The position numbers and the translations under genes were made by a program. Under the pieces are notes generated by a model. The model was not told the DNA's origin. It made no database searches and worked only from the letters and a program-made list of their open reading frames with translations. Shown here piece by piece: positions 46,626-56,923 of a stretch of DNA of 64,000 nucleotides. Source of the stretch: a virus (Duplodnaviria; Caudoviricetes); IMG/VR virus record IMGVR_UViG_3300010347_003561, positions 35,893 through 99,892 of that record. One strand, 5' to 3'. Every line of letters begins with the position of its first letter. The stretch's first letter is position 1.

Positions 46626-48083
46626 ATGAATATGAGACTGAAAAACAGGAGCGGGCTGGCCAGAAGCCTCGACCCTTATCTGAAGAATTATCTTTACGAC
46701 AACTTCAAGATCGACGCTAAGCATAAGATCCCGTTCCCATGCGTAGTACACAACGACGGGAGAACCAACTCGATGGTTTACTACGACGATCCGGGCGACG
46801 AACACGTTTACTGCTTCGGCAGTTGTAAGAAGATGTGGCGTACAGTCGATCTCTGCATGGAAGTCGAAGGCCTTTCCTTCGACGACGCATTGCTCAAGCT
46901 TCTGAACAAGTACGGAATCACATACGAGGAAGAAGTGCCTACCGAAGATATAGAAGCCATGTTCAAAGCGGCGTACGAGTACACTATGAACTTCAATCCG
47001 AAACAACTCGGCGGCGACGTGCGAAACTACCTCGAAGGAAAAAGAGTAACCATAGAGGAAATAAGAGAGTTCGGTGTCGGATACGTGTCGGACTACAACC
47101 AGTACCATATGTATATGTGCTCCAAGTTCAAGCCGGATCTCCTCAAAACATTCGGGCTTATCGAGTCGAATCCTCAGTATCCGATAAGGTTTGCTCCGAG
47201 ATCTCTCATGTACGCGATACTCGACGAATCGGGCAACCCGAAGGCTTTCCAGGCTAGGGATTGCCACCCGAACCCGCCGTCGAAATCGAAGAACACGAAC
47301 AACGTCGAAGGCTGGTTCGTTAAATCGGAATGGCCGCACGGATTGCACATGGCAGCCAAGTCGAAATCGAAGAATTCAGCGTATATAGTCGAAGGCCCGT
47401 TCGATGCGATACGTCTGTGGCTGAACGGGATATACAACGCAGTCGCGATAAACGGCAGTTCGATAGCCGAAGGCTCGGCCGAATCGTTCATCTCGAAATT
47501 GAAGAAGCTAGGATACACAGGCATAATCTTCGTACTCGACGGAGACGAGGCGGGTATAAGCGGCACCTGCAAGTTAATAGAGAACATACTGCCGAAGATG
47601 GATATACTATCGGCCGTGAAGAAACTTCCCGATGGGCTCGACCCCGACGAATTCGTAATGAAAAACGGAATACAGGCCTTCAGATCGCTACGGCTTCAAC
47701 ACTCGGCGGCATACTGGTACGAAAACAACAAAAACGTCTCCGGAGAGGACTCAATATACAAATCCGTAGAATTGCTTTCGAAACTGAAGGTATCAGATAT
47801 CGCGAAGGCCGCGTCTGCGCTCGCGGCTTCCGTCAACAGGTCGGACTTCTCGCTCGGGAGAATACTGGATATCTACAAAACTTCCGTGCTTCTGGAATCG
47901 AACAGGCAGCTTATCCATAGCCTCGAACTCACACGGTCTATCATTTCGAACATATCCACAGTTCTGAACAACGCCAGCGACGCAATGAATATCGCGGCAA
48001 GCTTGAGGAGTGACGATGAAAGAGGTAGTAAAAAGGAACGCGATCTTTGCGCCGCACAAGAAACTTGCCAAGATACCGCTTAG
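46626..48083 (+). CDS. dnaG: DNA primase
   Basis: CHC2-like C.VH...YCFGSC; TOPRIM VEGPFDAI, DGDEAG, DPDE. Confidence 0.9.
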   Translation: MNMRLKNRSGLARSLDPYLKNYLYDNFKIDAKHKIPFPCVVHNDGRTNSMVYYDDPGDEHVYCFGSCKKMWRTVDLCMEVEGLSFDDALLKLLNKYGITYEEEVPTEDIEAMFKAAYEYTMNFNPKQLGGDVRNYLEGKRVTIEEIREFGVGYVSDYNQYHMYMCSKFKPDLLKTFGLIESNPQYPIRFAPRSLMYAILDESGNPKAFQARDCHPNPPSKSKNTNNVEGWFVKSEWPHGLHMAAKSKSKNSAYIVEGPFDAIRLWLNGIYNAVAINGSSIAEGSAESFISKLKKLGYTGIIFVLDGDEAGISGTCKLIENILPKMDILSAVKKLPDGLDPDEFVMKNGIQAFRSLRLQHSAAYWYENNKNVSGEDSIYKSVELLSKLKVSDIAKAASALAASVNRSDFSLGRILDIYKTSVLLESNRQLIHSLELTRSIISNISTVLNNASDAMNIAASLRSDDERGSKKERDLCAAQETCQDTA

Positions 48084-48993
48084 ATACATCGAATTCACCG
48101 AGACATGCCCGAAATCTATGGCGCTCACCCTTCACCGGAACGCCAAAAGCTTCATGCCACTGTGGACGTGGGAATGGCCTTTCAAAAGAGCATTGGAAGA
48201 CACAACGCTAGACTTCTACCATCTCGCCGGGCTTGGAGAGATGCCGAAATACACGGACCTTCTCGTCAAATTCAGGGAATACTTCGACAAGTATTCGAGC
48301 GGATATGCGAAGAACAAAATAGCGCTCACGCACCCTGTCTATTCCATAAACGACGTTTACAGCCTCGGCGCGGAGACTATTCGCTGGTTTTTCGACAACG
48401 CTATGCCAGACGGCACGATACCGACCAAACAGTGCAAGTACATATCCTATATATTCCCGAGAGTGGAAACTATGAAATGGACCGTACTCCTCAAGGCGCG
48501 AATCGCCGGATTGCTCACGTATCCGATGCTCCACAAAATAGACTTCCGAAGAGTCATAGTTATCCCCTTCTACAGGTACACGCCGAACGATATGTTAAAC
48601 CTCCCGCTAACGCCTACAATCGGCGCACATTACATTGCTTCCGACAACTGGTACGTGAAGAAATACGGAGGAAAGAAGACCTTTTCGGCCGTAATGCTAC
48701 TCGACTTGAAATCTATGAGGAGTTCTACCTTTCAGAAATTCACGAATTATCTGGATATCGCGCACCAGTTGTCGAGCATAGCCGACGTAATATGGCACTC
48801 CGTCTCTTACAGGGTTGTAGGTAGCCATTGCTACTATTGCCCTTTCTACACCAACTGCGTGAAAAAGGAGGCGCAAGATGTTATCCCCGAAACCGTGGTA
48901 CGGAAAATCGAAGAAAAAGTTAGAAAGAAAGCCGCTGAAAACAGCCTCACCTTCTTTGAAGCAGAAGACATACGAAGGAAGATCGGCATTTGA
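48016..48993 (+). CDS. Cas4/AddB-like Fe-S staple protein, nuclease motif not evident
   Basis: N-terminal TCP and C-terminal HCYYCPFYTNC. Confidence 0.5.
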   Translation: MKEVVKRNAIFAPHKKLAKIPLRYIEFTETCPKSMALTLHRNAKSFMPLWTWEWPFKRALEDTTLDFYHLAGLGEMPKYTDLLVKFREYFDKYSSGYAKNKIALTHPVYSINDVYSLGAETIRWFFDNAMPDGTIPTKQCKYISYIFPRVETMKWTVLLKARIAGLLTYPMLHKIDFRRVIVIPFYRYTPNDMLNLPLTPTIGAHYIASDNWYVKKYGGKKTFSAVMLLDLKSMRSSTFQKFTNYLDIAHQLSSIADVIWHSVSYRVVGSHCYYCPFYTNCVKKEAQDVIPETVVRKIEEKVRKKAAENSLTFFEAEDIRRKIGI

Positions 48994-49366
48994 CTTCTCG
49001 CGGCAGGCTTCCTCTTACCACCGCTCCATCGGAAAGATCCTTATCCGAAACTACGGAGCGAACAACTTGAAGCAGGAAGTACCCTTCGCCGGCCAATTCA
49101 TCGACTGGCTTTTAACCACAAACGACGGAATTAGAATTGCAATAGAAGTCCACGGGGAACACCATTACAGAACTGTCGATTACGGCGGTTCTAATCCGTG
49201 GAAAAGTCTTGAGCGGTACGAGAACAGGAAGTTCCTCGACAGGAAGAAGAGAACGGCCTTGCTGAAAGACGGCATCTCGTACGTCGAAATTCCCTTCCAA
49301 AAAGCCGAAGACGAAAAATGGGTCGTCGAGAAAATAGACCAGGCTATCAAGGAGGCCCGCGAATGA
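48878..49366 (+). CDS. Vsr/DUF559-like endonuclease (start uncertain)
   Basis: QEV...FIDWLL...IAIEVHGEHHY...DRKK...YVEIP. Confidence 0.7.
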   Translation: MLSPKPWYGKSKKKLERKPLKTASPSLKQKTYEGRSAFDFSRQASSYHRSIGKILIRNYGANNLKQEVPFAGQFIDWLLTTNDGIRIAIEVHGEHHYRTVDYGGSNPWKSLERYENRKFLDRKKRTALLKDGISYVEIPFQKAEDEKWVVEKIDQAIKEARE

Positions 49367-49387
49367 ATATTACTCGGAGGGGATTTC

Positions 49388-49924
49388 ATGTCTCAAGATG
49401 TGATTTTAGGAATAGATCCCGGAACAGGAACCACGGCGTGGGCAATACTCGACGCCAAGACGGGATCTCTCGAAGGATACTCAAAGATAAACCCGAAAAG
49501 AACCTCGGAGAACACGGAAAAGATAATTGATATCTCGATGTCTCTCAAATACGTCATCCGCTCTCTTTCGGAGAAAGACTTCCGAATAGCGCACTCGGCG
49601 ATCGAAGATCAATTCGTCAAAGCCAACGCAAGCAGCGGTCTCTTACTTTCTCGTCTAACGGGCGCGATCGCAATGGCAATATTCGAAGAGACAGGCACGA
49701 TTCCTCACTTTGTAAACCAATCGTCCGGAAAAGCGGCCGTCGGAATCAATCCGCAACAGTACAAAGACTCGAGCTACAACAAGCGCCGTAAGGAAATGCA
49801 GGAGGATATGGTTCGAAATTGCCGACAGCTTTTCGCCATTCCTGATGATTACGAACTCCAGCACGACGAAGCCGCGGCGATGGCGATAGCTCACAGCCTC
49901 TATCTAGGACTTCAGGAAGTGTAA
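49388..49924 (+). CDS. ruvC: RuvC-like Holliday junction resolvase
   Basis: ILGIDPG, AIEDQF, KAAVG, HDEAAAMAIA. Confidence 0.8.
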   Translation: MSQDVILGIDPGTGTTAWAILDAKTGSLEGYSKINPKRTSENTEKIIDISMSLKYVIRSLSEKDFRIAHSAIEDQFVKANASSGLLLSRLTGAIAMAIFEETGTIPHFVNQSSGKAAVGINPQQYKDSSYNKRRKEMQEDMVRNCRQLFAIPDDYELQHDEAAAMAIAHSLYLGLQEV

Positions 49925-49925
49925 T

Positions 49926-50645
49926 ATGCACAGAGAACATTACAACCTGAACAAGTTAGTGGAGTCGTATAAAAACACAGACGACGCAAAGGAGAAGAAC
50001 GCCATGTTCTTCTCCATTCGCGGCCACCTTATACACCACCTGAACGCCGTGATCGCAATACTGAAAGGCACCGACTACGACGGGAACCGGCAGATCTACG
50101 AAGTGATCCGAAAAGGCTTTGCCTCTTCAAGCAGGGGAAACGTTTGGGACACGATGGCGCGCCTGCAAACCATTTGCCAGCAATACTCAGAAGAGGACAT
50201 CATGCAGGAATTGAGCCTTATTCTTCTTCATATCATAGGCAAATACACGCACTCGAAGATACCGTTCCACAAATACATTTCCTACCTTCTTCCTCGCCGT
50301 GTACTTAGCTGGCTATGGCGAATCTCGAAAGATATGTCGAATCAATTCGCGACCGAACACGTGAGTTCGTACGAAGACCAGTCGCTCGAGGATTACGAGG
50401 AGACGATAGTACAGTACCTCGGCACGAAGTCGAACTATCCGTACCTGCAAAACGTACTCACCTTCGTCGAAGACGACAAGTTCGAGATGCTCTGCGAATA
50501 CGTGGAAGGCTGCGACACGAACAAATTAGCTGAAGAAAATAGAATAAGCACCGTGTGCATCGAACAATTCATCGACGCCACCCAAAGACAAATCGGCATG
50601 GCCATGAAGAGCCTTGCCAGAAAGGAGACGAAATGCCAGAAATAA
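49926..50645 (+). CDS. putative sigma-factor-like protein
   Basis: EDIMQEL..ILL..I.KY....PF..Y region-2-like segment; C-terminal HTH-like TNKLAEENRIS. Confidence 0.5.
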   Translation: MHREHYNLNKLVESYKNTDDAKEKNAMFFSIRGHLIHHLNAVIAILKGTDYDGNRQIYEVIRKGFASSSRGNVWDTMARLQTICQQYSEEDIMQELSLILLHIIGKYTHSKIPFHKYISYLLPRRVLSWLWRISKDMSNQFATEHVSSYEDQSLEDYEETIVQYLGTKSNYPYLQNVLTFVEDDKFEMLCEYVEGCDTNKLAEENRISTVCIEQFIDATQRQIGMAMKSLARKETKCQK

Positions 50646-51706
50646 CCTCTATCACTCAACTGTTACAGCAAGGGTCGGACGAAGCTCAGATGTACTGGCT
50701 CAATCCGCCAACGTATGCGAGACGCTTCAGCCCGTCATCTCTCTCGGTGAAAATGGACGATTCTAGCGTTTTCGGAGAGTGCAACAGGAAACAGGCGATG
50801 CAGAACTTCGGATTCTTCTTATCGAAGAAAGGGCTGGCTACGGCAATGAAGATGCAGTTTGGCGACCATTTCGAAGATATGCTCGCCAGCAAGTACGCTC
50901 AGTTCATCGTAATCAGACAGCCGAGGGTTCAGTTCGTTTTCGGCGAGGACTTCAAGTACGAAATGTCAGGATACGCCGATATTATTCTCAACATCAACGG
51001 CCGACACGTGGGAGCCGAAATTAAATCGACAGGAGAGGAAGGTAAGACAAAGCTGATAGATGGCTACAAGAACCCGCCGAAAGAAGCACGAATGTACCTA
51101 CTCGATCCGATGGCGCCAGCTCCTATGATAGGCCATATTCTTCAGGCCTCGATTTACGAGTTTTTCTACAAATACGTTAGACCATACTTCACGCCGTGCT
51201 ATGGTTACGTAGAACCCATCGAGGAATGGAGGATCTTCTACGGGCTCCGCGGCTCAATGAAGTTCGCCGATTACAGACTCACCATCTACGAAGACGAAGA
51301 GGGATATCACAGACCTCTAATAGAGAGAGTCGTAGAAATCGGCAGTAACCAATTCGACCTCTCCCCCGTCCTCATAAAACCCTTCTCGGTAGAAGGCATA
51401 TTCGAAAGATGCGAAGTGCTTGGCGAAGCGATAGAAAGCCAGATAGTTCCGGAGCGCGATTACCTGCCGTCGTACACTCCAGAAGACATCGACTTCCTAT
51501 TCGACTGCGGAAAGATAAGCGACTCCAGGCGCAAGGAACTCGTCAAGGAACTTGCATGCGATGGACAGACGGGCGATTGGGAATGCACGGTCACCTGCCC
51601 GTTCAGGGAACAGTGCATGGAACTGCCGGCCGGGAAAGTCGCACTTGAAGAGATCCCGGACACCTATTTCGTCAGGCAGCCTCACATGCCGGTACTCAGG
51701 AGATAA
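50633..51706 (+). CDS. Cas4-like PD-(D/E)xK exonuclease
   Basis: PSS..C.R, G..FE, SGYADI, EIKS, QASIY, WECTVTCPFREQC. Confidence 0.8.
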   Translation: MPEITSITQLLQQGSDEAQMYWLNPPTYARRFSPSSLSVKMDDSSVFGECNRKQAMQNFGFFLSKKGLATAMKMQFGDHFEDMLASKYAQFIVIRQPRVQFVFGEDFKYEMSGYADIILNINGRHVGAEIKSTGEEGKTKLIDGYKNPPKEARMYLLDPMAPAPMIGHILQASIYEFFYKYVRPYFTPCYGYVEPIEEWRIFYGLRGSMKFADYRLTIYEDEEGYHRPLIERVVEIGSNQFDLSPVLIKPFSVEGIFERCEVLGEAIESQIVPERDYLPSYTPEDIDFLFDCGKISDSRRKELVKELACDGQTGDWECTVTCPFREQCMELPAGKVALEEIPDTYFVRQPHMPVLRR

Positions 51707-51707
51707 T

Positions 51708-52115
51708 ATGAAGATTTTCAGACACCAGAACCTTCACCCGTCGAGATCTGCGTTGAAGAGCAGCATTCTCGTTTTTGTGAACGATATCGACGCGAGAGAG
51801 GAATACAGCGTTCTCCTCTCCAAGGCCGATTTTTCGGAACTTCTCGAGCAGCTCTCCAACCATGCGAGCATAATATCCCGGAGAGCCTTCAGATATTCGA
51901 GGCACGAAGAGATCGAGGCGCTGTCTGTCAATTCGAAGACCGGTGTAGGATTCTGGTGGCGAAAATCTGCCGACGGAGGAATACATATACGTATTGCAAC
52001 GTTAGAAGAGGCCGAGGCAATCGACGAATTCATGCACGACGCGTTTATCGAGATCATTGGAAACGACGCGGTCTCGGTCGATCTCAACTCCTTCGACGCC
52101 GTCGGTATAGTCTGA
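51708..52115 (+). CDS. hypothetical protein
   Basis: AGGAG RBS. Confidence 0.65.
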   Translation: MKIFRHQNLHPSRSALKSSILVFVNDIDAREEYSVLLSKADFSELLEQLSNHASIISRRAFRYSRHEEIEALSVNSKTGVGFWWRKSADGGIHIRIATLEEAEAIDEFMHDAFIEIIGNDAVSVDLNSFDAVGIV

Positions 52116-52272
52116 TATATCCGGTACCAGATATTGTATATTCAGTTATTCCTTGACAAGGAGGCTTACGAAAGAGTGCTTTCCCAAATATAAAACCTGA
52201 ATCGTACTTATCTTATAGGCCGAGATTCTTTGCCCCGGCTAGATTTTGCTCTCTCAAAATAAGGAGGTCATT

Positions 52273-54048
52273 ATGCCACTAGAAGCGAAAAGCATCGTAG
52301 ATTCTTATATCGGAAAACAGGACTGGCGAGTGAAGGAAAACTCGACGGTCAATTATTCGATCGGCGGTCTCATATTGCACGCCAGCGGCACGGTAACGGC
52401 CAATTACTGGCTCGACGAAATATATTCGCCGGAAATATCGAAGGCCCATCGCGAAGGGGATTTCCACATTCACGATCTCTCCATGCTAACAGGTTACTGT
52501 GCCGGCTGGAGCCTGCGCCAACTCATTCAAGAAGGACTCGGCGGAGTTTCCGGAAAACTCGCTTCGACGCCGGCAAGGCATCTTTCGACCCTGGTGAATC
52601 AGATGGTGAACTTCCTGGGTATCTTGCAGAACGAATGGGCCGGTGCACAGGCCTTCTCGTCTTTCGACACGTATCTGGCCCCCTTCGTGAAGATAGACAA
52701 TCTCTCTCTGAAGGAAGTGAAGCAGAATATCCAGTCCTTCGTTTTCGGCGTCAATACGCCTTCCAGATGGGGAACGCAGGCGCCTTTCACCAACGTAACG
52801 CTAGACTGGACTGTACCTGAAAGTTTGAAGTCGGTTACGGCCATCGTCGGAGGAGTAGAAGCGAATTTCACTTATGGCGATTGTCAACCGGAGATGGATA
52901 TAATCAACCGTGCATTCCTTGAGGTCCTGGAAGAGGGCGACGCCAACGGCCGTGGTTTCCAGTACCCGATTCCAACTTATAACATAACCAAAGACTTCGA
53001 TTGGGACAATCCCAACATAGAGAAGCTGTTCAAGATAACCAGTAAGTACGGAACGCCTTACTTCCAGAATTTCATAAACTCCGACCTGAATCCCGACGAT
53101 GTCAGAAGCATGTGCTGCAGACTTCAACTGGACAGGCGCGAATTGAGAAGACGCGGAGGAGGCCTCTTCGGCTCCGACGAGTTCACCGGCTCGATCGGCG
53201 TCGTAACCATAAACCTCCCGAGAATAGCGTACCTCGCGCAGGACGAGGCCGACTTCTTCTACCGTCTGGTCAACTTGATGGATCTTGCCAAAAACAGTCT
53301 CGAGAAGAAGAGAGAAGCGGTAGAGAACTGGAACGAAATGGGAATGTATCCATACACTCGCAGGTATCTCAAAAACTTCGATAACCATTTCTCGACCATA
53401 GGTATTGTCGGAATGAACGAAGCCTGTGCGAATGCGAAATGGATAAAGGACTCCATAGCATCGAACAAAGGACACGACTTCGCCCTTACAACGCTCAACT
53501 TCATGAGAAACGTACTCGTCGATTTTCAGGAAGAGACTGGCAACCTGTACAACCTCGAAGCGACGCCGGCCGAATCGACGGCTTATCGCCTCGCGAAAAT
53601 CGACAAAGCGAAGTTCGGCGACATAAAGACGGCAGGCACATACACTCCGTACTACACGAATTCTACTCATCTTCCAGTCAACTATACAGACGACGTCTTC
53701 GAAGCCTTGACTATCGAAGAGGACATGCAGACAAGATACACAGGCGGCACGGTTTTCCACGCCTTCCTCGGAGAAAGGATAGACGATTGGAGGACCGCGG
53801 TCGATCTAGTGAAAGTCGTATTCGAGAACTTCAGAATACCGTATCTGACCATCTCGCCAACATATTCGATCTGTCCGCATCATGGTTATCTCGCAGGCGA
53901 ACAGTGGAGCTGCCAGTATTGCGGTTCCAACACAGAAGTCTATTCCAGAATAACCGGTTATTACAGGCCCATTCAGAACTGGAACAACGGGAAACAGGAA
54001 GAGTTCAAAAATCGGCTCGAATACAACCTGATGGTTCAGGCTCAGTGA
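52273..54048 (+). CDS. nrdD: anaerobic (class III) ribonucleoside-triphosphate reductase
   Basis: HIHDL, SMCCRL, GSIGVVTINLPR, EATPAE, CPHHG...CQYCG, glycyl-radical motif YSRITGYYRP. Confidence 0.96.
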   Translation: MPLEAKSIVDSYIGKQDWRVKENSTVNYSIGGLILHASGTVTANYWLDEIYSPEISKAHREGDFHIHDLSMLTGYCAGWSLRQLIQEGLGGVSGKLASTPARHLSTLVNQMVNFLGILQNEWAGAQAFSSFDTYLAPFVKIDNLSLKEVKQNIQSFVFGVNTPSRWGTQAPFTNVTLDWTVPESLKSVTAIVGGVEANFTYGDCQPEMDIINRAFLEVLEEGDANGRGFQYPIPTYNITKDFDWDNPNIEKLFKITSKYGTPYFQNFINSDLNPDDVRSMCCRLQLDRRELRRRGGGLFGSDEFTGSIGVVTINLPRIAYLAQDEADFFYRLVNLMDLAKNSLEKKREAVENWNEMGMYPYTRRYLKNFDNHFSTIGIVGMNEACANAKWIKDSIASNKGHDFALTTLNFMRNVLVDFQEETGNLYNLEATPAESTAYRLAKIDKAKFGDIKTAGTYTPYYTNSTHLPVNYTDDVFEALTIEEDMQTRYTGGTVFHAFLGERIDDWRTAVDLVKVVFENFRIPYLTISPTYSICPHHGYLAGEQWSCQYCGSNTEVYSRITGYYRPIQNWNNGKQEEFKNRLEYNLMVQAQ

Positions 54049-54059
54049 GGGTGATCCGA

Positions 54060-54722
54060 ATGTTTTATGCGTTGCTGATGAGGACCAGCTTCGTAGATTA
54101 CCCCGGCAAGATATGCAGCACGCTGTTCACTCGCGGTTGCAACATGCGCTGCGCCTATTGCCACAACCCGGAATTGAGCGGAAAGATACCGAACCTGACG
54201 ACGATGGATTATTCGAGCGAATACGTTATAAACGTCTTAAAGAGCCTCACGCGCATAAAAGCCGTGTGCATAACCGGCGGCGAACCTGCTATACACGACG
54301 ACCTCATAAACGACGTGCTGGAACTCAAACGCCTATCGCTCGCTGTAAAAGTTGATACGAACGGTTCGCGCCCGGAAATAATGTCTGCCCTTCGAAAGCA
54401 CATAGATTACATAGCTATGGATTTCAAAGGCCTGGATACTTCGCTCTTCAGCTCGATCACGTTCGAAACATATCTCAAGAGCATAGAAGAAATGAAGAAA
54501 TTCGAAGAATACGAATTTAGAATAACCATGTTTCCTGACTACGTGAAAGAACGCGATTTCGCAGAAATAGCGAAGACACTCAAAGGCGCAAAGAGGGTAG
54601 CCGTACAGCAATACAGGAAGACGCAATTTTCCTCAGTCGAACCGTACAACTCCGAAACGCTTTTACACTTCGGAAATATCCTTTCCGAACAGGTGGGCGA
54701 GGTAATATACCGTGGAATATAA
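54060..54722 (+). CDS. nrdG: RNR activating radical-SAM protein
   Basis: DYPGK, GCNMRCAYCHN, ITGGEP, DTNG. Confidence 0.93.
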   Translation: MFYALLMRTSFVDYPGKICSTLFTRGCNMRCAYCHNPELSGKIPNLTTMDYSSEYVINVLKSLTRIKAVCITGGEPAIHDDLINDVLELKRLSLAVKVDTNGSRPEIMSALRKHIDYIAMDFKGLDTSLFSSITFETYLKSIEEMKKFEEYEFRITMFPDYVKERDFAEIAKTLKGAKRVAVQQYRKTQFSSVEPYNSETLLHFGNILSEQVGEVIYRGI

Positions 54723-54731
54723 GGAGGGACA

Positions 54732-55001
54732 ATGACACAGGCAAAAGTAGTTCACAACTTCGACGAACACGAAATGAACACGGCGTTCACCAACATAGAG
54801 AACGACCTGAAAAAGGCACTAGAAAAGTTCAACGATTCGTTCAATAAGCACTACACTTACAGGGTGGAACGCTCCGACGACTTCTGCGCGATATTCATTC
54901 TCGAAGGAGAAAACGTCGTGTTCAATTACAACGGCTTCGCGCCGTCGTGCTTCGGCTTCGTAAACGCTTTTCTCCAGATAGCCAGAAAAATACACATATA
55001 G
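54732..55001 (+). CDS. hypothetical protein
   Basis: AAGGAGG RBS; followed by hairpin and T-run. Confidence 0.65.
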   Translation: MTQAKVVHNFDEHEMNTAFTNIENDLKKALEKFNDSFNKHYTYRVERSDDFCAIFILEGENVVFNYNGFAPSCFGFVNAFLQIARKIHI

Positions 55002-55120
55002 CTCTTCCGTTCGAAAAGAGACTGCCGCGAGGTAGTCTCTTTTTTTTGCGCAAACGCAAACCCGAGACTATTTTTATCCACACCGCACAGACAGATAATC
55101 TTGTCGAAGGAGGGATTTCG

Positions 55121-55600
55121 ATGTTTTTGATAGAAGTTATGACGAGAGATCAAATCCGGCACGTTAAACCGAAAGTACGATACGCGATAATATCTATCGC
55201 TAACTCGAATAAAGATTTCGTTCCTATGCCATTGCAGGACAACAACCTCGTGGGAAGCCTTCAGATAGCCTTTGGTGATATATACAGGAAGACGTTCGAT
55301 TGCCCGCACAAACTCTTCGACAGATCCGACGCGAGGAAGATATGGAATTTTGTCGAGTCGGTGGAAAGCAGAATAAGACTTCTCATAGTCCATTGCGACG
55401 GAGGAACGTCGAGATCTCCTGCCGTAGCCGCAGCGATAAGCAAGGTCTATACGGGCCATTGCTCAATGTACTTCGACATGTATTCGCCGAATTCTCACGT
55501 CTATTCGACGATGCTCGAGGAATTCGGAAACGTAGAGGAAAGCGACAGCGGAGTCGTGCTGGTTAAGCCGCAACTGAAATATGCGCCCACATACAACTGA
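55121..55600 (+). CDS. protein-tyrosine/dual-specificity phosphatase-like protein
   Basis: CX5R motif VHCDGGTSRS; PNSHVY. Confidence 0.85.
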   Translation: MFLIEVMTRDQIRHVKPKVRYAIISIANSNKDFVPMPLQDNNLVGSLQIAFGDIYRKTFDCPHKLFDRSDARKIWNFVESVESRIRLLIVHCDGGTSRSPAVAAAISKVYTGHCSMYFDMYSPNSHVYSTMLEEFGNVEESDSGVVLVKPQLKYAPTYN

Positions 55601-55614
55601 GGAGGTAGAGCTTC

Positions 55615-55857
55615 GTGCTTCTAAAACTAGATCCTTTTTCCGATAACATAATACATTTAATTGTAATCGCGATTCTTCTTGTGGCATTCTTTGCCTTTGT
55701 CATCGGGCCGTTCGTGATGTTCATAGTCGTCGAGATACTCGAATGGGTCTTCTCGCTCGAGTTTGGCCTTTCTTACTGGAAGCTATTCGCGCTCGAGATA
55801 GCCATGTGCTTACTGTTCTTTAGTTCGACCGGAGTAAAGAGATGGAAGAGGCCATAG
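55615..55857 (+). CDS. small membrane protein
   Basis: Long hydrophobic segments; GGAGG RBS. Confidence 0.6.
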   Translation: MLLKLDPFSDNIIHLIVIAILLVAFFAFVIGPFVMFIVVEILEWVFSLEFGLSYWKLFALEIAMCLLFFSSTGVKRWKRP

Positions 55858-56189
55858 ATTACAGCGACGAAATTTGTTCGGAACTGGCGAAATTGGTTAC
55901 TTCCGAGTTGAAAAGAGCCGGCGGAAACGTTATTCTCGTAACCGGAGCCGGCAAAGTTACCATGGTTACGACGAACTCGATCTTTCCGGATAACGTGGAA
56001 CCAGTAGTGGAGATGCGGTATAAAGGATTCAAGTACAAACCAGAGATCCAAGACATAGACACACTTACAGAATACGTCGAGTTCACCTTGAAGGCGATAA
56101 GAAAATGTATGCTGATAGACGAAACTGTGGTATCGTTCTATCTCGACCGTTCCAGTTGCGAGTTCGTGACGAAGGCGTACGATTTATAG
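55842..56189 (+). CDS. hypothetical protein
   Basis: GGAG RBS. Confidence 0.6.
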   Translation: MEEAIDYSDEICSELAKLVTSELKRAGGNVILVTGAGKVTMVTTNSIFPDNVEPVVEMRYKGFKYKPEIQDIDTLTEYVEFTLKAIRKCMLIDETVVSFYLDRSSCEFVTKAYDL

Positions 56190-56768
56190 ATCGACGGCAA
56201 GGTACACCCCGTCCAGCTCGTCCTGCGCGAGTGATACGTACCTCTTCGTTACCGCTGGAGTCGAGTGGTTCAGAAGGCTCTGTATGATATAGATATCGTA
56301 ACCGGCTTTGAACGCGTGGTATGCGAACGTTTTCCGCAGAGTGTGGCACCCAACCCGTATATCTATTCCGGCCCTCTCCCTTATGTAGTAGTTCAGCTTC
56401 CTGTAAACGCTCACATAAGTGAGAGGCCTTTCTTCGTCGGAGTACCTATCGACGTCGTTGCTGAAGACGTACTCCCCGTGTTCGAGATTGTGCAACTGGC
56501 CCAGGATAGTCCTGACTGAATTGGAGAATACTATTTGCCGGCGCTTCCCGGTCTTGCCTTCCTTGTACTGAATCTTCTCCTGTATCTTCCCTCTCTGGAC
56601 GATATTTTCCCAGCGAAGGGAGAGAAGGTCGGATATCCTCATCGCCGTGTTTATTCCGAGAGTGAAGAGCGCGAGCATCTTCACGTTTCCGTCTGCTTTC
56701 ATCGCGTCCTTCACCCTGTTTATTTCCGCCTTCGACCTTATCGGTTCGACGAACTGCCTTCCATTCAT
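56184..56768 (-). CDS. tyrosine recombinase (catalytic domain only)
   Basis: NTAMRISDLL, KTGK, HTLRKTF, LNHS...TKRY. Confidence 0.92.
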   Translation of the reverse strand: MNGRQFVEPIRSKAEINRVKDAMKADGNVKMLALFTLGINTAMRISDLLSLRWENIVQRGKIQEKIQYKEGKTGKRRQIVFSNSVRTILGQLHNLEHGEYVFSNDVDRYSDEERPLTYVSVYRKLNYYIRERAGIDIRVGCHTLRKTFAYHAFKAGYDIYIIQSLLNHSTPAVTKRYVSLAQDELDGVYLAVDL

Positions 56769-56923
56769 CGTATCGCCCCTTGTGTAATAAAAGTTGACTA
56801 TATCATACCATTTATTACGTAGAGAACCCAACCAGAAAGAAAAGACGGCCTTTCGGCCGCTCGAAGTTGTTTTCTAAGGGGAGATGCAGTTGATCGCGTC
56901 TATGTAATATAATTTGCATTTTA

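Noticed and set aside
52120-52250. NrdR boxes upstream of nrdD
   Set aside because: Only one partial match (CCAGATATTG) and no convincing tandem second box.
30684-55082. Two perfect DnaA boxes TTATCCACA (30684-30692 and 55074-55082)
   Set aside because: Isolated single copies next to T-runs and far from the repeat arrays; compatible with chance.
56184-56768. Prophage integrase with an att site
   Set aside because: The protein lacks N-terminal arm/core-binding domains and no host-phage junction is visible; a resolvase-type role is more likely.
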